Below, piece by piece: positions 1 to 10,010 of a DNA stretch of 64,000 nucleotides. The position numbers and the translations under genes were made by a program. Source of the DNA: Magnetococcales bacterium (GTDB taxonomy: Bacteria; Pseudomonadota; Magnetococcia; Magnetococcales; JADGBX01); assembly GCA_015231265.1 (NCBI GenBank), contig JADGBX010000004.1, positions 494-64,493 of the forward strand. The letters are read 5' to 3'. The notes under the pieces were generated by a model. That model was not told where the DNA came from. It worked only from the letters and a program-made list of their open reading frames with translations, and ran no database searches. Each line of letters starts with the position of its first letter. Position 1 is the first letter of the stretch.

Positions 1-838
1 AGGGAAAATCGATCAGCTTCCTGAGATGTTGATGAAGGAAGGGATCACCAAGCGCCCCACTGACGGCAGCCTCCCCTTCCCAGACCGCCAGCGACCGAAG
101 ATACTCCTCCAAAGATCGATGTGAGATCTTCTCGAAACAGCGGCACCCCTCACGCTCAAAAGAGTCGGGATCCGGTTGATTCAACCAGTATCCGTAGGTG
201 GCTCTTAATGCTCTCACGGCAAGGGTGCGGATGATCACCGGATCTAGAGGTAGAGGATAGTCGTCCCCATCAACGCCATGGTCCGTCCGAGCGTGACGAA
301 CGAGGATCGTCACAGTTCTCCGCACCGGCTGGTGGGTCTGTGACAGAAGAAGAAGAGTCCCCTCATCAAACTCTGAAAACCTGGCAATAACTGCATCAAA
401 AACGGATGAAAAACGGGCAAGGCGTCCGTCGGACATCAATACGGCAACGGCATGAAGGTAGGCGGTCAACACCTCCAGTGCTTCATAGCGCTCCGACTCA
501 GTGCGACTCTCGTTGATTGCTTGAAAAAAGAGATCCACAAAGGTGGCAAAGAAGTTGTGTCCCTCTTCATGATCAATATATTGGTTGAGACAGGAGCGGC
601 TCAGTAGAAAACGGCGGAGCTCAGGAAGAATGAGACGCCAGTTGCGAAACGGGTGACTCAGTTCTACAAGGAGACGTTCCAGAGTTCGACTCACACCAGC
701 CAGACCGGCCACCGGCTCAAGAAGTCGAACATGTTCCGGAGCAATGGAAACCGAATCGACAGCTGTTTCGCGAAGATTGGCCCGCAGGGCACTTGATTGC
801 AGAGAATGGGCGTGATCCATTCTGGAAACGGGTGTCAT
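1..838 (-). CDS. 5' part of a large protein resembling the N-terminus of PEP/pyruvate-binding (pyruvate phosphate dikinase-like) proteins; runs off the window edge
   Basis: Not in the ORF track. My minus-strand translation is open from ATG 838 to base 1: MTPVSRMDHAHSLQSSALRANLRETA...LVELSHPFRNWRLILPELR...TYGYWL. The S-x-AL-x-x-NL and ELSHP(F/Y)RNW motifs recall the N-terminus of large deltaproteobacterial PPDK-like proteins. GGGAGGG RBS upstream. Confidence 0.5.
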   Translation of the reverse strand, partial: MTPVSRMDHAHSLQSSALRANLRETAVDSVSIAPEHVRLLEPVAGLAGVSRTLERLLVELSHPFRNWRLILPELRRFLLSRSCLNQYIDHEEGHNFFATFVDLFFQAINESRTESERYEALEVLTAYLHAVAVLMSDGRLARFSSVFDAVIARFSEFDEGTLLLLSQTHQPVRRTVTILVRHARTDHGVDGDDYPLPLDPVIIRTLAVRALRATYGYWLNQPDPDSFEREGCRCFEKISHRSLEEYLRSLAVWEGEAAVSGALGDPFLHQHLRKLIDFP

Positions 839-1105
839 GAACCGCACGTTCCCTCCCGGTGATGTGGATGACGATTCAGTCACGAAAACTTGCCCTTCCC
901 TTCCATTCCTGCACGAACCGCGTCATACTCACCCGCTTGAAATGACATATGCATGAGGTATCGTTCATATCGCTTGGGAATCGGCACCATGACAGCCATC
1001 CCTTGCCCTGGACACGAATACCGTTAGAGTAGTGTATATTTCAGCTGCTGACAATACGGAGCAGCGGTCTCAAACCACCTTTGGTTCAGAGTTTGGAACG
1101 ACTCC

Positions 1106-1552
1106 ATGCCAAGAATTCGCCTTACTGAAACGATCCCTTATACACCGGATCAGGTCTACGGCCTCATCGTCGATGTTGAGAGCTATCCACAGTTTCTGCC
1201 GTGGTGTGTCTCAACGCGTAAATTCGACGTTGAAGAGGAGCAGTTCATTGCCGAACTGACCATCGCCTTCAAAGGGATCCGTCAGAGTTTTCAAACTATT
1301 GACAGGGTTATTCCTGGCAAACAAGTTGACATCCATCTCAAATCAGGACCGTTTCGTCATCTGACGAGTCACTGGCGCCTGACACCCCAATCCAACGACT
1401 CAACACGCATCGACTTTTCCATCGATTTCCAGTTCAAAAGCCGAATCATGAATATGACGGTCGGCCCGGTTTTCACCCACGCTGCCAAGCAGATGGTGGC
1501 CGCCTTCCGGAGTCGTGCACAAGCACTGTACGGTTCGGACGCCGCCTCCTGA
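1106..1552 (+). CDS. RatA/PasT/COQ10 family START-domain protein (paralog 1)
   Basis: PYTPDQVYGLIVDVESYPQFLPWC and SGPFRHLTSHW motifs; C-terminal MVAAFRSRAQALYG. Confidence 0.9.
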   Translation: MPRIRLTETIPYTPDQVYGLIVDVESYPQFLPWCVSTRKFDVEEEQFIAELTIAFKGIRQSFQTIDRVIPGKQVDIHLKSGPFRHLTSHWRLTPQSNDSTRIDFSIDFQFKSRIMNMTVGPVFTHAAKQMVAAFRSRAQALYGSDAAS

Positions 1553-1684
1553 ACAGGTGCTGCTTATCCACAAACCTGTTGCGCCTGTTTCACGAAGAAA
1601 CTCCAGGCTGTTGACACACCACTCACTCCCTATTATTGCCTCAGAGACCCCATCGGTCTCTGCAACACATAAAGGTGGATAACG

Positions 1685-2110
1685 ATGAAAAGCGTCGCCA
1701 CTGAAACTGTCCCGTTCACTCCGCAACAGATGTATGACCTCGTCGTGGATATGGACAGTTATCCAGAATTCATCCCCTGGTGCACGGCTGCCGGCAAATA
1801 TGATGAGACCGATACCTCGTTCGTTGCCGAGATGACGGTCTCCTTTAAAGCCGTTCGCGAAACGTTTCGCACCCTGGACACCGTTGAGCCGGGAAAACGA
1901 ATCACCATCAACTTGATGTCCGGTCCGTTCAAAGAGTTAAAAAGCGAGTGGCGCTTTTCAGAGGTTCCTCGTGGTTGTAAGATCGATTTTTCCATCGAGT
2001 TCAGCTTCAAGAACAGATTGATGGATATGACTCTCGGGCCGGTTTTCGGACAGGCTACAAAAAAAATGGTCAAAGCGTTTCGTGATCGCGCGAAGGCCCT
2101 CTATGGTTGA
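1685..2110 (+). CDS. RatA/PasT/COQ10 family START-domain protein (paralog 2)
   Basis: PFTPQQMYDLVVDMDSYPEFIPWC, SGPFKELKSEW, MVKAFRDRAKALYG; AAAGGTGGA RBS. Confidence 0.9.
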   Translation: MKSVATETVPFTPQQMYDLVVDMDSYPEFIPWCTAAGKYDETDTSFVAEMTVSFKAVRETFRTLDTVEPGKRITINLMSGPFKELKSEWRFSEVPRGCKIDFSIEFSFKNRLMDMTLGPVFGQATKKMVKAFRDRAKALYG

Positions 2111-2217
2111 GACGGTATCGACGATTGCAGAGAGATCGTCGATGGTTCACAATGCATACTTAGAGTAGTTTCCAAGAATGACAACCCCTTTTCCCAATCC
2201 TTTGGAGTATCAAATCC

Positions 2218-3246
2218 ATGATTAGGCCCATGCCCAAAGCACTGAGTGCGCTGTTGACCGGCGTCTTCATGATGACACTGTTCAGTCTCCCGGTTTCAGC
2301 CGCTCCGGTGGCAAAAATCGGATCCTGGACACTCCAGATGGGTGATGTTGATAAAGCGCTTGAGAGCAAAATCCACAAGATCAAAACCAACCTTTACCGC
2401 CTCCGAATGGAGTATGTGCGTGAACAGGTTCGGGATCATCTGATGGAGAAGGAGGCCAAGGCGCAAGGTATCAGCAGCAAAGAGCTTTGGAAGAAAGAGA
2501 TCGAAGCCAAAGCGAATGCTCCCACCGACGAGCAGGTCAAAGCCTTTATCGACCAGAACAAAGCCAATCTTCCCAATGAAGGAAAGGGGATGGAGGGGAG
2601 AATCAGCGATTTCATGCGGAGTCAGAAAACGCAAATTCTTGAAGGCCAGTACCTGATCATTCTCGCTAAGAAATATGATGCAGAGATTCTACTTGAGAAA
2701 CCAACCCCGCCACGCATGAACGTGACAGGGCCGACCGATCTTTCAAAAGGAGATGCCTCAGCTCCGATCACGATCATTGAGTTCTCTGATTTCGAGTGTC
2801 GTTTCTGCAAAAAAGCGACCCAGGTTGTAGATGTGGTCATGAAACACTACGGCCCAAAAACCCGTCTGGTTTATCGCCATTTCCCCATGTCCTTCCATAA
2901 ACAGGCTCCCAAAGCTTCTGAAGCTTCGCTCTGTGCGGCCGATCAGAAAAAATTCTGGGAGTATCATGACGCCCTGTTCGACAATCCGAAGAAACTCCAT
3001 CGCAAAGGGCTGACAGAACTGGCCAAAGAAGTCGGATTGAATGTTGAAACCTTCGACACCTGCCTCGACTCTGGTAATAAAGCTGCACGTGTGAAACAGG
3101 ATCTCGCTGACGGTAAGAAACTCGGCATTACAGGCACCCCCACCTTCTTCATCAATGGGCTCCAGTTGGTTGGTGCCGTTCCTCCCCAGGAGTTCCGTCG
3201 GATCATCGATGCTGAACTCGAGCGTCTGGAAGGCTCAACGAAATAG
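2218..3246 (+). CDS. DsbA-family thioredoxin-fold protein with signal peptide and N-terminal helical domain
   Basis: Signal peptide (..PVSA); EFSDFECRFC CxxC motif, RHFP, cis-Pro loop GTPTFFING. Confidence 0.85.
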   Translation: MIRPMPKALSALLTGVFMMTLFSLPVSAAPVAKIGSWTLQMGDVDKALESKIHKIKTNLYRLRMEYVREQVRDHLMEKEAKAQGISSKELWKKEIEAKANAPTDEQVKAFIDQNKANLPNEGKGMEGRISDFMRSQKTQILEGQYLIILAKKYDAEILLEKPTPPRMNVTGPTDLSKGDASAPITIIEFSDFECRFCKKATQVVDVVMKHYGPKTRLVYRHFPMSFHKQAPKASEASLCAADQKKFWEYHDALFDNPKKLHRKGLTELAKEVGLNVETFDTCLDSGNKAARVKQDLADGKKLGITGTPTFFINGLQLVGAVPPQEFRRIIDAELERLEGSTK

Positions 3247-3275
3247 ATAGAGATGCAAACGACATGACAGCGTCG

Positions 3276-3788
3276 TTAAGAGCGGTAGAGCGGGTTTCTC
3301 CGGAATGAAAGACCGGGGAAGCCCGTCTGCCGTAACGCCTCGTAGAGAACAATGGAGACGCTGTTGGCCAGATTGAGGCTCCTAGCATCGGGAATCATAG
3401 GGATGCGCAACAGAGACTCACTGTATTGATTGCGGATCGATTCCGGCAGACCACTCCCTTCGGACCCGAACAAGAAGCGGTCCCCTTCCCTGTATTCAGG
3501 CTTGGTGTAGCACCTATTGCCGTGTGTTGTCAGAGCAAAGGTGCGAACATCGGGTTCAGTCCTGGCAAGGTAGTCATCCCAATCCCGGTAGCGTTGCACG
3601 TCAGCCAGCTCCCGATAATCCATCCCTGCCCGTTTCACCGACGCCTCATCCAGACGAAAACTTAATGGCCCAACAAGGTGTAAAACAGAGTCAGAAACAG
3701 CGCACAAACGAATAATATTTCCTGTATTTGGTGGAATCTCCGGACGGTGGAGAACGACATGGAATGTTCCTAAATTTATGTTTTTCAT
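3276..3788 (-). CDS. trmL: tRNA (cytidine/uridine(34)-2'-O)-methyltransferase TrmL
   Basis: PEIPPNTGNIIRLC, KRAGMDY, FGSEGSGLP, RIPM...RSLNLANSV SPOUT motifs. Confidence 0.93.
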   Translation of the reverse strand: MKNINLGTFHVVLHRPEIPPNTGNIIRLCAVSDSVLHLVGPLSFRLDEASVKRAGMDYRELADVQRYRDWDDYLARTEPDVRTFALTTHGNRCYTKPEYREGDRFLFGSEGSGLPESIRNQYSESLLRIPMIPDARSLNLANSVSIVLYEALRQTGFPGLSFRRNPLYRS

Positions 3789-4080
3789 GAGATCTTATTT
3801 CACATTTATAAAAGGTTATTTCAGGTTTCGTATTCTATCGGATCAGGAACTGACCCACCACATCATCACCGACTCGGATCAATTCATCCAGCCTCAATCA
3901 CACCAATTTCTTATCAGGGCATAAAACGGGTTGACGAAACCGAAGAAGTTCTGAATAGTTGTCGCTTTAAATAATGGGTCGAACAGATCCGCAGGAAGCG
4001 GATCATCCCTTTGCAAGAAAGCAGAAGGGAATGTTCCTGGAAATGAATCAGTTTTCAATCACGGGAGGCCAAGAGAGCCC

Positions 4081-4608
4081 ATGGTTAACGAACAAGGCGA
4101 AAATCGCCGAGACTTTCTGATGCTCGCGACAGGGGCTGTCGGCGCGGTGGGAGTGGCCGGCGCTGCATGGCCCTTCATCAAATCGATGAGCCCCTCAGCC
4201 GACGTCCTTGCTCAGGCAACGACGGAAGTGGACATCAGCACACTCTCCGAAGGTCAGATGATCACCGTACCCTGGCAGGGTAAACCGGTGTTCATTCTCC
4301 ATCGCACACAAGCACAGATCGACGAAGCGGTCAAAGACGACGGTCAGGCTATGCGTGACCCGGAGAAAGACGGCGATCGGATCCAAAAACCGGAATGGCT
4401 CGTTGTTCTGGCTCTCTGCACCCATCTCGGTTGCGTTCCCCAGCCTATCGGAACCGGCGAGTACGGCGGTTTTCTCTGTCCCTGTCACGGCACCCACTAC
4501 GATACCTCTGGTCGCATCCGCAAGGGTCCGGCTCCGAAGAATCTCCCGGTGCCCCATTACGAGTTCAAAGACGACAGCACACTCGTGATCGGCAAGGCCA
4601 TCGCCTGA
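4081..4608 (+). CDS. petA: Ubiquinol-cytochrome c reductase Rieske Fe-S subunit
   Basis: RRDFL Tat-type anchor; CTHLGC and CPCHG Rieske motifs; GPAP. Confidence 0.97.
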   Translation: MVNEQGENRRDFLMLATGAVGAVGVAGAAWPFIKSMSPSADVLAQATTEVDISTLSEGQMITVPWQGKPVFILHRTQAQIDEAVKDDGQAMRDPEKDGDRIQKPEWLVVLALCTHLGCVPQPIGTGEYGGFLCPCHGTHYDTSGRIRKGPAPKNLPVPHYEFKDDSTLVIGKAIA

Positions 4609-4630
4609 TCGAGATAAGGAGGTTTTTCCC

Positions 4631-5839
4631 GTGTTCAAGAATATCATGGCTTGGGTGGATGAGCGTCTGCCCGTCAGCGATCTTATCAAGAGCCAGCTTA
4701 CCGAATATCCCGCCCCTAAGAATCTGAATTATTGGTGGAACTTCGGCTCTTTGGCCCTTCTCGTCCTGGTGATTCAGCTCGCCACCGGCATCTTCCTTGT
4801 GATGCACTACAAACCGGATGCCGCGCTTGCATTCGACTCAGTCGAACACATCATGCGTGACGTCAATTTCGGTTGGTTGCTTCGCTATATGCATGCCAAC
4901 GGTGCGTCATTCTTCTTCATCGCCGTCTACATCCACATTCTCCGTGGCATGTACTACGGCTCCTACCGCAAACCCCGTGAGATTCTCTGGTGGTTTGGTA
5001 TCGTCATCTTCTTCCTGTTGATGGGTACCGCCTTCATGGGTTATGTGCTTCCTTGGGGCCAGATGTCCTACTGGGGCGCTGCGGTTATCACCAACCTGAT
5101 GAGTGCTGTTCCCGTTGTTGGTGAGGATCTGGTGATCTGGGTCTGGGGTGGATTCTCCGTCGGTGATCCGACTCTGAATCGCTTCTTCTCTCTCCACTAT
5201 CTGATGCCTTTCCTCGTGACCGGCATGGTTGTTCTGCACCTGTGGGCACTGCACGCTGTTCACTCGAACAACCCGGATGGTATCGACCTGGAGAAGAAAG
5301 ACACCATCCCGTTCCATCCCTACTACACCGTTAAGGATCTCTACGGTGTCGGTGTCTTCCTGCTGATCTACTGCTTCTTTGTCTTCTTCGCGCCCAACGC
5401 CTTTCTGGAGCCCGATAACTACATCGAAGCCAATCCGATGCAGACCCCTGCGCACATTGTTCCGGAGTGGTACTTCCTGCCCTTCTACGCTATCCTGCGC
5501 TCCATCGACTTCCTGGGCACCTTCAGCAAACTGGCTGGTGTGATCGCCATGATCGGCTCCATCGCCATCCTGTTCGTGCTGCCTTTCCTGGATCGTTCGC
5601 CAGCCCGCTCATTCCGGTACCGCCCCATCAGTAAGGTGCTGTTCTGGATCTTCTTCGTTGACTGCGTCATCCTCGGTTGGGTTGGGTACAACCCCTCTGA
5701 TGCCGTCGTCCTCGGTGGGATTCCCATCGTCTATGTCGGACGTGCTGCTTCGGCCGTCTACTTCGGGTACTTCGTACTGATCTGGATTATTACGGCCTTC
5801 GGAATCGAGAAGCCCAAACCCCAGCCCAAGAGCCTTTAA
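4631..5839 (+). CDS. petB: Cytochrome b of the bc1 complex
   Basis: [31 protein letters not shown] motifs. Confidence 0.98.
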   Translation: MFKNIMAWVDERLPVSDLIKSQLTEYPAPKNLNYWWNFGSLALLVLVIQLATGIFLVMHYKPDAALAFDSVEHIMRDVNFGWLLRYMHANGASFFFIAVYIHILRGMYYGSYRKPREILWWFGIVIFFLLMGTAFMGYVLPWGQMSYWGAAVITNLMSAVPVVGEDLVIWVWGGFSVGDPTLNRFFSLHYLMPFLVTGMVVLHLWALHAVHSNNPDGIDLEKKDTIPFHPYYTVKDLYGVGVFLLIYCFFVFFAPNAFLEPDNYIEANPMQTPAHIVPEWYFLPFYAILRSIDFLGTFSKLAGVIAMIGSIAILFVLPFLDRSPARSFRYRPISKVLFWIFFVDCVILGWVGYNPSDAVVLGGIPIVYVGRAASAVYFGYFVLIWIITAFGIEKPKPQPKSL

Positions 5840-5854
5840 GGGGAGGTTGATATC

Positions 5855-6685
5855 ATGACGTTCAACTCTTTAGTCAAAGCAACCGCCCTGGTCCTGGCGC
5901 TGGCTACGCCTCAGGCACTGCTCGCAGGTGGCGCCGCTGCTCCTCTTCCCACGCAGGATTGGGAACATAAGGGAATGTTCGGGGAGTTTGACAACAACCA
6001 AATGAAACGTGGTGCCCAAGTGACCGTCGAGGTGTGCATGGGCTGCCATTCGGTCAAATACATCAAGTTCGACTTCCTGCGTCAGTTCGGTTTTACCGAG
6101 CAGGAAGTGAAAGACATGGCAGAAAGCCAAGGCCAGACCAAGAAGAGCCGGATGATCTCTTCCATGTCCGAGGAGGATGCCAAAGACTCTTTTGGTGTCA
6201 TTCCGCCTGATCTCTCTCTGATGACCAAAGCGAGAAAAGGGTACGAGGATTACACCTATGCCATGCTCACCGGTTATCTGAATGAAGATGAAAGCGAGCT
6301 CATCAACAATGCGATGGAGGACGATGCCCTCTCCGACTCTGAGATTCAGAGCATCGCCGCCAAGCTCCATTTGAACCCGGATGATCCGGAAAAGGTCAAA
6401 GAGGTGGTCACCCGCATTCAGAATGGTGAAAACTTCAACAAGTACTACCCCGGCAACTTCTTTGCCATGCCACAACCGTTGATGGCTGATCAGGTTGAGT
6501 ATGCAGATGGCACCAAAACCGATCTGCATCAACTCGCCAAGGATACAACAGCCTTTCTGGCCTGGGCTGCCGAGCCGACGCTGATGGAACGCAAATCCAC
6601 CGGTAAGGGTGTCTTGCTCTATCTGATCCTCTTGACTGCTCTGCTCTATGCAATTAAGCGTCGGATGTGGTCCAAGCTGCACTAA
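5855..6685 (+). CDS. petC: Cytochrome c1 of the bc1 complex
   Basis: Signal peptide, CMGCH heme motif, PPDLSL, FAMPQPL axial Met, C-terminal TM helix. Confidence 0.95.
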   Translation: MTFNSLVKATALVLALATPQALLAGGAAAPLPTQDWEHKGMFGEFDNNQMKRGAQVTVEVCMGCHSVKYIKFDFLRQFGFTEQEVKDMAESQGQTKKSRMISSMSEEDAKDSFGVIPPDLSLMTKARKGYEDYTYAMLTGYLNEDESELINNAMEDDALSDSEIQSIAAKLHLNPDDPEKVKEVVTRIQNGENFNKYYPGNFFAMPQPLMADQVEYADGTKTDLHQLAKDTTAFLAWAAEPTLMERKSTGKGVLLYLILLTALLYAIKRRMWSKLH

Positions 6686-6735
6686 GCTAAAGGGTGTAAG
6701 GAGTCGATTCCGGCTTCATCAACCTTGAAGAATCG

Positions 6736-6768
6736 AAACCCCTCGTCCATCATGGTCGAGGGGTTTTT
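6736..6768 (+). terminator. Rho-independent terminator after petC
   Basis: AAACCCCTCG...CGAGGGGTTT stem running into a T-tract. Confidence 0.8.
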
Positions 6769-6816
6769 CCATTGTGTCCTCAACAGTGCTCTCGTTAACT
6801 GAAAGCGGCAGATCTC

Positions 6817-9369
6817 ATGCCTGAAACCCAGCAGAATCGTGTGATGGCGTTTGCAACCTTCTTTCAAGATATTTCTCAGGAAGAGCGCCACCTATTTGAG
6901 TGTTTCAATGCTGCGACTGGTAAAACGGATGTGATCTCTACGTTCACATTCAACGAAATGGTTCACCAGTGGTGCAGACGACTTGAAGAACTCCCCAGTA
7001 CAGTTGTGCCGATTTTCGGTCATAGCTCACCTGAAATGATGGCCGCATGGTTCGGGGCGCTGAAAGTCGGCAAGAGACCTACATTCCTTTCCTACCCGAA
7101 TCAGAAAATCTCTGCTGAAGCCTATCAAACTAAATTGGAGAATTACCGACACAAGTTCGGCACTGTCACCATGGTGGGAGAATCGACGGAAAAGGCATTA
7201 GTCCCTGACCTGATCACCCCAAACACGCACCTGGAGAGAGAGCACCCCCAAAAAGAGCGACTCCCTGAGCCTATGTCTCACCCTTCGTTTCTCCAGTGTA
7301 GCTCGGGAACTACCGGTCTCCAAAAAGCTGTCGAAATCGATGAAAAAAGGCTGATCAATCAACTACAAGCCTGTTCAAAAGCGCTCTCTCTTGATCCAGA
7401 GAATGACGCCATCGTCAGTTGGTTGCCGCTCTATCACGACATGGGTTTGATCGCCACCTTCCTGCTCCCACTGTTGACACGCACACCAGTGACCTACATC
7501 GACACCTTCGATTGGGCGAGCAACCCTACACTCCTGTTGCAAGTGTTGGAACAAAAACAAGCGACACTCTGCTGGCTCCCCAATTTTGCCTTCTCTTTTC
7601 TTACAAAAGTTACAGGTGAGTATGATCTCGGATCGGTGCGCAGTTTCATCAACTGCTCTGAGCCGGTCTCTCAGATTGCATTTGATCGCTTCATGCGCCG
7701 ATTCAACGTCAGACCCCAGCAGCTTTCCATCAGTTATGCTCTGGCTGAGAATGTCTTTGCAGCAACCCATTCGGCACCGGGTTCAGCACCGATCGGTCTC
7801 CATGTGGAACGCTCGGCTCTACACCATGGAAGAGTGAGGGCAATCGGCTCGGAACCATTGAACACACAGGCAACTGATGAAAAGCATCAGGGGTCCGACA
7901 CCCCGTTTCTGACCATTTTCTCTTGTGGACGCTCTGTTGAAGGGACGGAAATCAAAATCGACGCTGAAGATGGTCGTGATATTGGAGAGGTTCTTCTCCG
8001 CGGCAACGCAACCGTTGAATCCTATGTTGACGCGGATTCTCCTCGCTCCGATGGGTGGTTTCCCACTGGAGACCTGGGGTTTATCCACAATGGAGAGCTC
8101 TATATCTCGGGCAGAATCAAAGATCTCATCATCCACAACGGCAAGAATATCTATCCCCATGATCTTGAGGAGATCGTCAATAACCACCCGGCAACTCACC
8201 CCGGTCGATGCGTGGCTTTCGGAGAAAGAGACTCCGAGCTGGAATCAGAACGAATCATCATACTGTTTGAGCCGAAACAGACCCTCAATACAGAAGAGAA
8301 ACGGCGTGTTCAACAGCAGTTGCAGGAGCAGATTGAAATGCTGTTCGATGTACGTGTCCAGGTGAATGCCGTTCCCAGAATGTGGTTGCACAAGACCTCC
8401 AGTGGCAAGATCGTCCGCTCTGCCAATCGCGAGCGGTTCCAGAAGGAGAGCCGCCGCACCATTCACATTCTCGGCGATAGCCATGTACGCATTCTCTGGA
8501 CCAATCACAACAGCCACGAGAACATGTTCCGCCATCTTCGCGCCTATTGGCTTGGGCTGCTGCGTGGTGATAACTGGAAGGAGGCGACCAGACTCTTCGA
8601 ACAGATCATCGCCACCTTCAACCCCAATGATATCCTGATCATCTCAGCAGGAGAGCCTGAGTGCCGGAACACCTTTCCGGGGTCCGATAATCCCCGCGGA
8701 GCAATCACCGAGGCGATCCACAACTATGTTTCCCTGTTCGAGTATCTGCGGGGAATCTGGGGAGGAGAGATCGCCTTCATGAGTGGGATTCCTACCACAC
8801 CGGTAGACAAGCCGGACGATGATGGCATTTGGCCAGTACTGGGTACGGCTCAGGAGCGTTATGCTCATCAAGCCCTTTTCTACACTCAAATGAAAGCGGT
8901 ACTCACCAGAATGGGGATCCCCTTTATCGATCTCTGTTCCCCTTTTCTCGACAATGATGGCCTGATGTCTCCGAATAAGCTGTTCGACGGTACCCATCTG
9001 CATCCGATATTCCGTGAGATCTACATACGGTTACTGGAAGGGAGTTATGGGTTTGTCAACAGCGCTCCTGAAGAGGTCGATCCTCTGAATACCCCGTGGA
9101 ACGGCACCTATGAGCACTATCTCACCCTCATGACCCACTATCTACACACCAAATGTTCGCCGGGAACCGAGCCCGACTTGAATCATCTGGTCTCGGGCGG
9201 TGTGCTGGACTCCATGGGCGTCGTTGAATTGATTTCACTGCTGGAGCAGTTCTTCCGCTTCAAGATTCCCTTGATGAAGGTGGGTCGCGATGATTTCGAA
9301 TCGGTGCAGCAGATCTACCGTCGCTTTGCACCCGATTTTGCCACACCCATCCCTGAGGAGACTCCATGA
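6817..9369 (+). CDS. Fatty acyl-AMP ligase-like adenylation domain + SGNH/GDSL domain + C-terminal acyl carrier protein fusion
   Basis: Adenylation motifs FLQCSSGTTGLQK, WLPLYHDMGLI, SYALAEN, TGDLGF, GRIKDLII, KTSSGKI. SGNH blocks ILGDSH, GEPECR, DGTH. Carrier motif GVLDSMGVVEL. Confidence 0.8.
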   Translation: MPETQQNRVMAFATFFQDISQEERHLFECFNAATGKTDVISTFTFNEMVHQWCRRLEELPSTVVPIFGHSSPEMMAAWFGALKVGKRPTFLSYPNQKISAEAYQTKLENYRHKFGTVTMVGESTEKALVPDLITPNTHLEREHPQKERLPEPMSHPSFLQCSSGTTGLQKAVEIDEKRLINQLQACSKALSLDPENDAIVSWLPLYHDMGLIATFLLPLLTRTPVTYIDTFDWASNPTLLLQVLEQKQATLCWLPNFAFSFLTKVTGEYDLGSVRSFINCSEPVSQIAFDRFMRRFNVRPQQLSISYALAENVFAATHSAPGSAPIGLHVERSALHHGRVRAIGSEPLNTQATDEKHQGSDTPFLTIFSCGRSVEGTEIKIDAEDGRDIGEVLLRGNATVESYVDADSPRSDGWFPTGDLGFIHNGELYISGRIKDLIIHNGKNIYPHDLEEIVNNHPATHPGRCVAFGERDSELESERIIILFEPKQTLNTEEKRRVQQQLQEQIEMLFDVRVQVNAVPRMWLHKTSSGKIVRSANRERFQKESRRTIHILGDSHVRILWTNHNSHENMFRHLRAYWLGLLRGDNWKEATRLFEQIIATFNPNDILIISAGEPECRNTFPGSDNPRGAITEAIHNYVSLFEYLRGIWGGEIAFMSGIPTTPVDKPDDDGIWPVLGTAQERYAHQALFYTQMKAVLTRMGIPFIDLCSPFLDNDGLMSPNKLFDGTHLHPIFREIYIRLLEGSYGFVNSAPEEVDPLNTPWNGTYEHYLTLMTHYLHTKCSPGTEPDLNHLVSGGVLDSMGVVELISLLEQFFRFKIPLMKVGRDDFESVQQIYRRFAPDFATPIPEETP

Positions 9370-9953
9370 GTTCCCAGAACAACACGCCCGGTCTGAAGCT
9401 GAATCTTGGCTGTGGCAATCACCATCTGAATGGCTATCTCAATGTGGATAAGGTGGGCCGGGCCGACACACTGTGTGATCTTGAATCCTTACCGTGGCCA
9501 TGGGAGAACAACAGTGTCCAGGAAATTGTCATGCGTCATGTTCTGGAGCATCTTGGTCAGAAGAGCGACACCTTTCTCGGCATCATGCAGGAGATCTATC
9601 GGGTGTGTCGAGATGGTGCCGTGATCACCATCACCGTTCCCCATCCACGCAGTGACAGTTTTCTCGACGACCCCACTCACGTCCGCCCGATTACCGTCAA
9701 CGGCATGGCCCTCTTCTCAAAAGCAAAGAATCTGGAGTGGGCGGAACGGGGTGCTGCCAACACACCGCTGGGCTTGATTCTGGATGTGGATTTCGAGTTG
9801 ACCGACTCCCGCTTCAATCTGGATGAACCCTGGCTCTCCAAACTCCAGCAGGGTGTCCTGACCACAGAGCAGATCTTTGAGGCAGAGCGGCATCAGTTCA
9901 ATGTGGTGCACGAGATTGAGATAGTCCTGACCGTGCGAAAACCTGCTCAATAA
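9366..9953 (+). CDS. Class I SAM-dependent methyltransferase-domain protein
   Basis: KLNLGCG motif I, HVLEH, DDPTH; ATGA overlap with the upstream gene. Confidence 0.8.
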   Translation: MSSQNNTPGLKLNLGCGNHHLNGYLNVDKVGRADTLCDLESLPWPWENNSVQEIVMRHVLEHLGQKSDTFLGIMQEIYRVCRDGAVITITVPHPRSDSFLDDPTHVRPITVNGMALFSKAKNLEWAERGAANTPLGLILDVDFELTDSRFNLDEPWLSKLQQGVLTTEQIFEAERHQFNVVHEIEIVLTVRKPAQ

Positions 9954-9988
9954 AAAACGGGCGTCTCTGGTGAGGTCGCCCGTTCTTT
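9952..9988. terminator. Probable bidirectional terminator between the methyltransferase and fumarase
   Basis: AAAAAACGGGCG...CGCCCGTTCTTT between convergent genes. Confidence 0.7.
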
Positions 9989-10010
9989 CATTACGACTGG
10001 TTGTGTTTCT

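Noticed and set aside
292-314. GTGACGA-N7-TCGTCAC as a matS site
   Set aside because: The spacing does not match the 13-bp matS consensus and it lies inside a CDS.
1106-2110. RatAB toxin-antitoxin module
   Set aside because: Both genes are RatA/COQ10-type, with no RatB antitoxin; the family is better supported as quinone-binding.
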